Below, in pieces: positions 1 through 7,538 of a stretch of DNA of 8,122 nt. The position numbers were made by a program, and so were the translations under genes. Source of the stretch: Octopus sinensis (Eukaryota); assembly GCF_006345805.1 (NCBI RefSeq), contig NW_021828507.1, forward strand, positions 1 to 8,122, read 5' to 3'. Numbering within the stretch: the stretch's first letter is position 1; each line of letters begins with the position of its first letter. The notes under the pieces are model-generated. The model was not told the DNA's origin and searched no databases. It was given only the letters and a program-made list of their open reading frames with translations.

Positions 1-4
1 TGTG

Positions 5-55
<51 letters not shown>

Positions 56-61
56 GACAGA

Positions 62-444
62 TGTGGTTGCTTCCTAACCACATGGTACTGGGTTCAGTCC
101 CACTGTATTGTACCTTGGGCCAGTGTCTTCTACTATAGCCTCGGACCGACTCAAACCATGTGATTTGGGAGACAGAAACTGAAAGAAGCCTGTCGTGTAT
201 CTACCCATATATATGTATATATATTTGTGTGTGTGTCTGCGTCTGTGTTTGTCCCCCCACCATCGTTTGACAACCGATGTGTGGTGTGTTTATGTCACCG
301 AAATGTAGTGGTTCGTCAAATGTACCCGACAGAATAAGTACTAGGTTTACAAGGAATAAGTCCTGGGATCAATTTCTTCGACTAAAGCCGGTGCTCCAGC
401 ATGGCCGCAGTTAGATGACTGAAACGTCTAAAATAATAAAAGAG
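62..444 (+). mobile_element. tRNA-derived SINE, family A copy 1 (5' head eroded)
   Basis: B-box-like GGTTCAGTCC at 91-100; body CTTGGGCCAGTGTCTTCTACTATAGCCTCGG; internal (TA)/(TG) microsatellite at ~200-237; 3' end GCATGGCCGCAGTTAGATGACTGAAAC...AAAAGAG. Colinear with copies at 469-889 and 5860-6442. Confidence 0.9.
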
Positions 445-468
445 CATATATATATGTATATATATATG

Positions 469-889
469 TTCTTTTATTCTTTGATTTGTTTCAGTCATTT
501 GACTGCGGTCATGCTGAAGCACCGCCTTTAGTCCAAGAAATCGACCTCAGGACTTATTCCTTGTAAGGCTAGTCCTTATTCTATTGGTCTCTTTTGCCGA
601 ACCGCTAAGTGACGGGGACGTAAACACACCAGCATCGGTTGTCAAGCGATGTTGGGGGGACAAACACAGACACACAAACACACAGACACACACACGCACA
701 CGCACATATATACATATACATATATACGACGGGCTTCTTTTCAGTTTCCGTCTACCAATCCACTCACAAGGCTTTGGTCGGCCCGAGGCTATAGTAGAAG
801 ACACTTACCCAAGGTGCCATGCAGTGGAACTGAACCCGGAACCATGTGGTTGGTAAGCAAGCTACTTACTACACACCCACTCCTGCGCC
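469..889 (-). mobile_element. tRNA-derived SINE, family A copy 2 (full length)
   Basis: Reverse complement starts GGCGCAGGAGTGGGTGTGTAGTAAG (A-box-like 879-869), B-box-like GGTTCAGTTCC (836-826), internal CA/TA microsatellite, 3' hairpin CAGTCA-TT-TGACTG (494-507) and a short simple-repeat tail. Most intact copy in the window. Confidence 0.93.
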
Positions 890-919
890 TATTCACAACC
901 AGGTTAAAATAGTTGCAAG

Positions 920-981
920 TTTCGAAACAGTTGTCATTTCTTGGGTGAAATTTCGAAACAGTTGTCTTCTCTTGGGTGAAA
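920..981. repeat. 31-bp tandem duplication
   Basis: TTTCGAAACAGTTGTCATTTCTTGGGTGAAA (920-950) and TTTCGAAACAGTTGTCTTCTCTTGGGTGAAA (951-981), 2 mismatches; abuts the end of SINE copy 3. Confidence 0.95.
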
Positions 982-982
982 T

Positions 983-1268
983 TTATTCTGTCGGGTACAT
1001 TTGACGAACCACTAAATTTCGGTGACATAAACACACCACACATCGGTTGTCAAGCGATGGTGGGGGGACAAACACAGACGCAAAGACACAGCATCGGTGG
1101 TCAAGCGATGTTGGGGACACAAACGTACGCACAGACATGCATATACCAAATCCACTCACAAGGTTTTGGTCTGTCCGAGGCTATAGTAGAAGACACTGGC
1201 CGAAGGTGCCACGCAGTGGCTCTGAACCCAGAACCATGTGATTGGTAAGCAAGCTACTTACCACACAG
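983..1268 (-). mobile_element. tRNA-derived SINE, family A copy 3 (rearranged, 3'-truncated)
   Basis: Head region TGTGTGGTAAGTAGCTTGCTTACCAATCACATGG and GGTTCAG on the minus strand; lacks the GACGGAAACTGAAAGAAGCC segment; CATCGGT(T/G)GTCAAGCGATG occurs twice (1041-1059, 1092-1110); no 3' tail. Confidence 0.88.
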
Positions 1269-1486
1269 GATGTATGCGTGTATACGTGAATATGAACAAG
1301 CATATGTATAAACGCGCATACATGTATAGAAGTGTGTATGGGTGCAGGTTTTTTTGTAATGTACCAGCATATAAACATACGCACATTGCAAGTATGTAAG
1401 TATATTTGTATGTATCTGCATAGATGTGAGCCTGTTTGCTTGCATGCATATCTGTCCGCGCAAGTAAGTCTCTGCAGATGTGTGTG

Positions 1487-1603
<117 letters not shown>

Positions 1604-1714
1604 GTGTATGTATGTATATATTGCTATAGATGGTATTTATATGTATAGTAATATAAGTTCATATATGTCTACACAAATGGTAGTATGCATGCGTATGTGT
1701 ACGTACACATATAG

Positions 1715-1778
1715 GTATGTATGTATGTATGTATGTATGTATGTATGTATGTATGTATGTATGTATGTATGTATGTAT
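1715..1778. repeat. (GTAT)n microsatellite, about 16 units
   Basis: Uninterrupted tetranucleotide array within a TG/TA low-complexity zone (1270-1830). Confidence 0.98.
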
Positions 1779-1895
1779 ATATGTATCTGTGTGTGTATGT
1801 CTGTCTTTTTGTTCGTCACATACATACGAAGTCTTATTGGAGCTAATTTTGTTTGAACAAGCGTAATCTCAGTTCACAAAAAGAGACAGTCTGCT

Positions 1896-2030
1896 ACACA
1901 CACACAAACACACAAATGTACACAGACACGCAAACACACACACGAATACACACACACACACACACACACATACACACACACACACACATACACCACACAC
2001 ACACACACACACACACAGAGTCACATACAC
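1896..2030. repeat. Imperfect (CA)n microsatellite
   Basis: CA dinucleotide runs with TA/GA interruptions. Confidence 0.96.
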
Positions 2031-2349
2031 AGATATCTAGGAAAAAATGTCCTACCATTGAAAAGTGGTAGAAACGAATTTGTCAAAGGTTTTGCAGATA
2101 GGCAGTTTAAAGAATAATAGTTTTGCGTTTGATTGGAACTGAACCCAGAAAGAGCATGTCCTTAAGTGAAGTTCTTTTGGCCACTTTGTGTGATGGCATC
2201 AAAGTTGATCTGACAATCTCGTAGATCTGAACTCTTGTTTGTGTTTCGTATTTTGGCGTAGACAGATCAAAGAGTCGGACCGCAGTTATGGTAGTATTGA
2301 GTGTAAGGGAAAACTAAGTTGTGATTTGGACAGTGTGAAGCGAGTGCAC

Positions 2350-2541
2350 GAGAGAGAGAGAGAGAGAGAGAGGAGATAGAGAGAGAGAGAGAGAGAGGGG
2401 GAGAGAGAGAGTGAGAGAGAGAGAGAGAGTGAGAGAAAGAGTGAGTGTGAGAGTGAGAGAGATAGAAAGAGTGAGACCAAAATAGATAAATAGATGGATA
2501 GATTGATAGATAGGTAGGGAGATAGATAGACAGATATGTAA

Positions 2542-2582
<41 letters not shown>

Positions 2583-2742
2583 AAGATAGATAGATAGGTA
2601 GGTAGTTAGAAAGATCAATAGAAACATTGATAGAGGACTAAACAAACAGCTAGAGAGAATATGGGTGAATTGACTGACAGACAGATGGATAAATGAGTGG
2701 ATAGGTAGATAAACAGACAGACAGATAGATAGACAGACAGAC

Positions 2743-2800
<58 letters not shown>
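2350..2800. repeat. Compound purine-rich microsatellite (GA)n / (GATA)n / (GACA)n
   Basis: (GA)n with GT interruptions at 2350-2470, degenerate GATA at 2480-2620, GACA/GATA at ~2713-2800 ending in a pure GATA run. Confidence 0.96.
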
Positions 2801-2801
<1 letters not shown>

Positions 2802-2919
2802 GTTATTAAGATCGGTAGATATGTATAGATACCAAAATAGAGAGGAAAAAAAAGTTCTTGTATGTGTGTGTATATATTGTAGACAGGAAGGGGTGAGAGT
2901 AAAGTATGAGAAACAGATG

Positions 2920-3110
2920 AAAGGAGAGAGAGATAGAGAGGGAGAAAGAGGAGAAAGAGAGACGGAAGAGAGAAAGGGACAGAGAGAGGAAGTGTGTTAG
3001 TGTTACTTAATCTACGTCTTGACGTCTAGTGTGCGTAAATGGAGGGGAAGAAACAGAGAAGAAGTAGAAGAAGACGAAGAAGAAGAAGGAGAGAGAGAGA
3101 GAGATGGAAG
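2920..3110. repeat. GA/GAA-rich low-complexity tract
   Basis: GA-rich 2920-2990 and (GAA)n/(GA)n at ~3047-3105; origin of the poly-Glu ORF 3019-3264. Confidence 0.85.
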
Positions 3111-3336
3111 GAGAGTTAAAGTGTGTTTGTTGTTTTGGTTTGGACTCAGTGGTTTTGATTACGTGTGTTTTGTTATGAAAAGCGAGGAAGAGCAAAAGGG
3201 AGAGGAATTTAACGCCGGCCAACGCTTTCGGTTCTGTATTTTCACAGAGTATGTTTTTATATGAAATTTTTTTTATTTATTAAGATCACACAGGCGCGCA
3301 CATACGCGCGCGCACATACCCCCCCCCACACACACA

Positions 3337-3343
3337 TGAGAGC

Positions 3344-3383
<40 letters not shown>

Positions 3384-3722
3384 GCGGAGAGTTTTAAATA
3401 CCTTGATAGAGAGTATCAAGTAGCGATTTTAAATGGTTTAGAAAGTTTCACACATACATACACACATACATACATACATGCATACACACATACATATGTA
3501 CATACATGCATGCATGCATACATACATATATACATACATACATACATACGTAATACATATCTATATGCATGTATACACATATATAATACATAATATACAC
3601 ACATATACATACGTACATATATATATCTATGGTCATGTCATTATACATATAAGCACTTACATACACGTATACATACATATATATATGTATGTAACATGTA
3701 TATATGTATATATGTATATATG

Positions 3723-3760
<38 letters not shown>

Positions 3761-3960
3761 TATATATAATATATATATATATACATACAATATATGTATA
3801 CATATATACATATATATATATACATACGTATAATATGCATAAATACAAACTTATACAAACACATACACACCCTCACACTCTCTTTCTCTGTTTGTTTGTC
3901 TGTCCGTCTGTATCTTTCTCTCACAAGCAAGACACACACACAAACACACCACACGCACAC
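3337..3960. repeat. Compound microsatellite (GA)n, (TACA)n, (TA)n, (CA)n
   Basis: (GA)n 3349-3382; TACA/CA 3450-3670; (TA)n 3700-3830; CA-rich to 3960. Confidence 0.93.
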
Positions 3961-4174
3961 TGAGGCAAAGTGAAATAATAATAGTGTGTGGGGGTGGAGG
4001 TGGCGAAGAACTTTGAGAGTGCGAGTGTTTTTACATACAGCGTATATATGAAAAGCAAAGGATATATATTCATGTAGATACTCACATACACACACACACA
4101 CCCTACCCTCCCTCCCTTTCTCTCTCACACTCTCTCTCTCTCCCTCACACACATACACGGGCATATTGGCTTAC

Positions 4175-4464
4175 CATATTTATCAGGGTTGAAACCAGGA
4201 TGAATGGGAATGGAAAGTGGAACCAAGAAGAATTGAAACCGGAACTTGTAGGAAAGGAAACTGGTACCAAAGGTGTTGAACATCGGATCAATGGAGTAGA
4301 AACCGAGACCAACGAGAGACGACTTTCATGAAAACTTTTAAACGGTTTTCACTTTTTCAATGCTTTCATAGTTTCTTTCATAATTTCTTTCAAGGTTTCT
4401 CATCAAAGTCTTTGAACCTTGAGGTACAAATTCACAGTTTTTCTTTTATTCTCCTATATTTATA
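4175..4464 (-). other. Possible promoter plus first exon (orientation unresolved)
   Basis: Minus strand TATAAATA (4464-4457) and a consensus-like donor ATG|GTAAGC (exon end 4175). A competing plus-strand reading gives an acceptor at 4185-4186 and a 47-codon open frame. No homology recognised. Confidence 0.2.
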
Positions 4465-4775
4465 GCCAGGCTTTGAATTTCTGGTTTGATATCTGCTGCG
4501 TTGGCATTGTCCTTCTCCAAAAGCAGAACCAAGTCTGAGTCACACATATACAAACGACAAATATATTTCTCTAAAATCATTTCCAAAGAATTGTTTTATC
4601 ATTACAGGGCAGTGTTTGTGGGAACAAAAGTAAGATTCCAGGCCAACGAAATGTAAAAGATTCTTCCAACTGCTGCTAGTAGCATCGACAAAAACCTGGT
4701 ATTACCATGACGTGGTGCTTCTTTTGAATTCCATTCTGGCAAGGTTGCAATATTCCTTTAGTAGTGTAACATTAA

Positions 4776-4817
4776 CTCTCTCTCTCTCACTCACTCCCTC
4801 CCCCTCTCTCTCTCTCT

Positions 4818-4873
<56 letters not shown>
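4776..4873. repeat. Compound (CT)n(TA)n microsatellite
   Basis: CT tract 4776-4830 directly followed by a pure TA tract to 4873. Confidence 0.97.
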
Positions 4874-4876
<3 letters not shown>

Positions 4877-5100
4877 GTTTGTATGATTGTGTATAGAAGA
4901 AATTCCAACTTAGATTTACAGGTTTTATTATTTGCAATTTTTACAATTTTACAACACTGAAATAAACTAGTACTTTCATGCGTTACGCAATCATCAGGGT
5001 CATGTAGTAAGAGTCTTGTGCCACAATTGACACAACCGTATGTATATATATATATATATATAAACTAAATATATACATATATATAAACTGTATATATATA

Positions 5101-5438
5101 GGCGCATGGCTCAGTGGTTAGAGCGTCGAGCTTACGATCGTGAGGTTGTGAGCTCGAATCCCGGACCGGGCTGCGTGTTGTTTTCTTGAGCAAAGCACTT
5201 TATTTCACGTTGCTCCAGTTCACTCAGCTGTAGAAATGAGTTGCGACGTCACTGGTGCCAAGCTGTATCGACCTTTGTCTTTCCCTTGGATAACACTGAT
5301 GGCGTGGAGAGGGGAGGCCGGTATGCATGGGCGACTGCTGGTCTTCCATAAAACAACCTTGCCCGGACTTGTGTCTAGGAGGGTAACTTTCTAGGTGCAA
5401 TCCCATGGTCATTCATGACCGAAGGGGGTCTTTACCTT
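5101..5438 (+). mobile_element. tRNA-derived SINE, family B (full length)
   Basis: tRNA-like head GGCGCATGGCTCAGTGGTTAGAGCG...GCTCGAATCCCGG with A box TGGCTCAGTGG (5107-5117) and B-box-like GCTCGAATCC (5152-5161), followed by ~260 bp of non-tRNA body; 3' hairpin GGTCAT-TC-ATGACC (5407-5420); flanked by (TA)n on both sides. Confidence 0.9.
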
Positions 5439-5488
5439 ATATATATATATATAAACTATACACACACACACACACACACACACACATA

Positions 5489-5825
5489 TTCTTTTATCTT
5501 TTATTTGTTTCAGTCACTAGACTGCGGCCATACTAACTTTTAAAAGTCTGGTTCTTTTTCTATGGGTCGCTTTTGCCGAACCGCTAAGTTATGGGGGACT
5601 TAAAAAAACCCAACGCCTGTTGTCATCTGTTGGGTTGTCAAACACAGACACAAACAGATACGCCCATATGCGAAGAGCTTGCACACAGTTTTCGTCTATT
5701 AAATTCACTCAGAAAGCATTCGTCAGCTTGGGTCCATATAAAAAGACAGTTACCCACAGCGTAACTGAACCGGTAAACGCGTGGTTGCAAGATGAGTTTC
5801 TCAACAATACGGTTTTGTCTGCGCC
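5489..5825 (-). mobile_element. tRNA-derived SINE, family A copy 4 (old, diverged, internal deletion)
   Basis: Tail TTCTTTTATCTTTTATTTGTTTCAGTCACTAGACTGCGGCCAT and TTTTGCCGAACCGCTAAGTTATGGGG match copy 2; head remnant CTGCGCC at 5819-5825; the segment between the tail hairpin and the TTTTGCCGAACC motif is shortened. Confidence 0.8.
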
Positions 5826-5859
5826 TACATTTGGAAATATTTGAAACTTTTCTCAATCA

Positions 5860-6192
5860 GGCGTAAGAGTGGCTGTGTGGTAAGTAGCTTGCTTAAGAAC
5901 AACATGGCTCCGGGTTCAGTCCCACTGCGTGGCATCTTGGGCAAGTCTTCTACTATAGCCTCGGGCCGACCAAAGCCTTGTGAGTGAATTTGGTAGACGG
6001 AGACTGAAAGAAGCCTGTCGTATATATATATATATATATATATCACCGTGACCCACCAGGCTATCAGATGTTGCTACACATCGCTGGTCACAATGCGCTT
6101 CGCATTGGGTTAGCCTTCAAATGACGCCATACGCTGGCCAAGCGAGCCAGGCCAATATATATATATATGTATATTATATATATATTATATTA

Positions 6193-6255
<63 letters not shown>

Positions 6256-6442
6256 GTGTGTATATGTTTGTGTGTCTGTGTTTGCCCCCCCCCAAAAAAA
6301 AACCGAGGCTAGTGTGTTTACGTCCCCGTAACTTAACGGTTAGGCAAAAGAGACCGATAGAATAAGTACGAGGTTTAGAAAGAACAAGTCTTGGGGTCGA
6401 TTTGCTCGATTAAAGGCGGTACTCCAGCATGGCCACAATCAA
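5860..6442 (+). mobile_element. tRNA-derived SINE, family A copy 5 (expanded internal microsatellite with an insert)
   Basis: GGCGTAAGAG head, A-box-like TGGCTGTGTGG (5870-5880), B-box-like GGTTCAGTCC (5913-5922), 5' body to 6020; 3' body resumes at ~6270 and ends GCATGGCCACAATCAA. Confidence 0.92.
6044..6155 (-). mobile_element. Probable 5'-truncated retroposon fragment inserted in the (TA)n of SINE copy 5
   Basis: 112-bp complex, GC-balanced segment absent from the other four family A copies, with (TA)n on both sides and nested hairpins. Strand and identity as a SINE 3' end rest on my recollection of an octopus repeat, not on a search. Confidence 0.6.
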
Positions 6443-6829
6443 GAATAAATGCATCAATATAAATTCCTAATACGTCAACAACCGCTTTGATGCCGCTTTA
6501 CACAATGAGTGCCAACAACTTTCGAAGTTTTGTTTTTAATCTTTGTTTTAGTTACATTTACGTTTTACGTAACCAAAATTTGTTGTCGCCACAAGCTGGC
6601 GATTCCACTAAATGCAACAACTTTCCTCATCATCCTGTGATTGTCGATAACTGAGTCTACGGTGTGAATCAAGATCTCAGCCGTTTTAACTGCTATATTG
6701 TCTGTTTCCCCAAATTTTAACTCTAACCCTTTGCTTGACCTGGTGCATGGTGTCAAATAATGCAAGGTATTATTTTAATAGCCTGTCGGTTTGTAGCATC
6801 CACAGAAACATTTACAAAATTTTTCCCAG

Positions 6830-6830
6830 C

Positions 6831-6882
<52 letters not shown>

Positions 6883-7172
6883 AGATAGTATCCTTCGGGC
6901 TGACGATTAAATAGAAAAGTAGTTGGATAACTAATCACACACACACACACACGCACACACACATAAACACACACACACACACACACAGATACATACACAC
7001 ATACACACGCACAGATACACACGCACACAAACACACGCATATATGTATATATACACGTAGTCATACACAAGTACATAGTAGCCTTAGGGTTGATGATTAA
7101 ATTGAAAAATAGTTGGATATTTAATTACACACACACACAGACACACAGACTCATAGACACACGGACACACAC
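6830..7172. repeat. Degenerate tandem duplication (190-bp period) of a 55-bp core embedded in (CA)n
   Basis: GTAGATAGTATCCTTCGGGCTGACGATTAAATAGAAAAGTAGTTGGATAACTAAT (6881-6935) versus GTACATAGTAGCCTTAGGGTTGATGATTAAATTGAAAAATAGTTGGATATTTAAT (7071-7125), ungapped, about 9 mismatches, each followed by (CA)n. Confidence 0.9.
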
Positions 7173-7538
7173 ATAGAGGTCGGGTGATAACAGATTTGCC
7201 GTGCGAGTAAAGAGTCGTTACGATGTGGCAGCTCCAACTAGGCCGTCTCCAAGAATTTCTATTTGATAGAAAACTTGTGCGAGGTAATACTTCTTGAGTG
7301 GTAGATCTTTGTCCCTCACTGTCATAGTGACTTCTGATGCCTGTGTTCTCTTCGTAGAATCTATTCTGTTGCAAGCTCCTAGGGCCTGTCTCTGATTTGA
7401 GGGTAATCTACGAACCGTAGTTTATTTTTTTGTTTCCTGTAGAAGATTAGGAGACAATAAAGGCCGCGGGCGTTACACCTTTCTTCTTTAATTAAATCAT
7501 ACAAAAAAAAAAAACGATTGCGAGATAAATAGACATGT

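Noticed and set aside
547-1248. Five overlapping ORFs of 64-90 aa with similar peptides (IHSQGFG..EAIVED)
   Set aside because: The similarity is simply repeated SINE family A sequence; not a paralogous gene cluster.
2107-2313. 68-codon minus-strand open frame (FSLTLNTTITAVRLFDLSTPKYETQ...)
   Set aside because: No convincing acceptor or early ATG and no recognisable domain; this length is within chance expectation.
3007-3222. Signal-peptide-like ORF MAGVKFLSLLLFLAF
   Set aside because: The start codon is TTG, not ATG, and the hydrophobicity comes from CT-rich low-complexity sequence.
3261-4164. His/Tyr/Ile-rich ORFs up to 161 aa
   Set aside because: Microsatellite read-through.
4424-4465. 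Possible 42-nt plus-strand intron (GAG|GTACAA ... TATAG|)
   Set aside because: Very short for a spliceosomal intron and would not join open frames.
5101-5172. Possible genuine tRNA gene (likewise 7772-7845)
   Set aside because: Acceptor and anticodon stems do not pair properly, there is no oligo-T terminator, and each continues into a long SINE body.
6881-7125. CRISPR-like repeat-spacer arrangement (likewise 920-981)
   Set aside because: Only two degenerate units, microsatellite spacers or no spacer, eukaryotic context and no cas genes.
7176-7442. Several short hairpins (for example TTTCTAT-TTG-ATAGAAA), a 96-aa ORF and an acceptor-like tract at 7421-7442
   Set aside because: Stems of 5-7 bp and T-tract-AG motifs are expected by chance in AT-rich DNA; the ORF runs into (TG)n and resembles no family I recognise.
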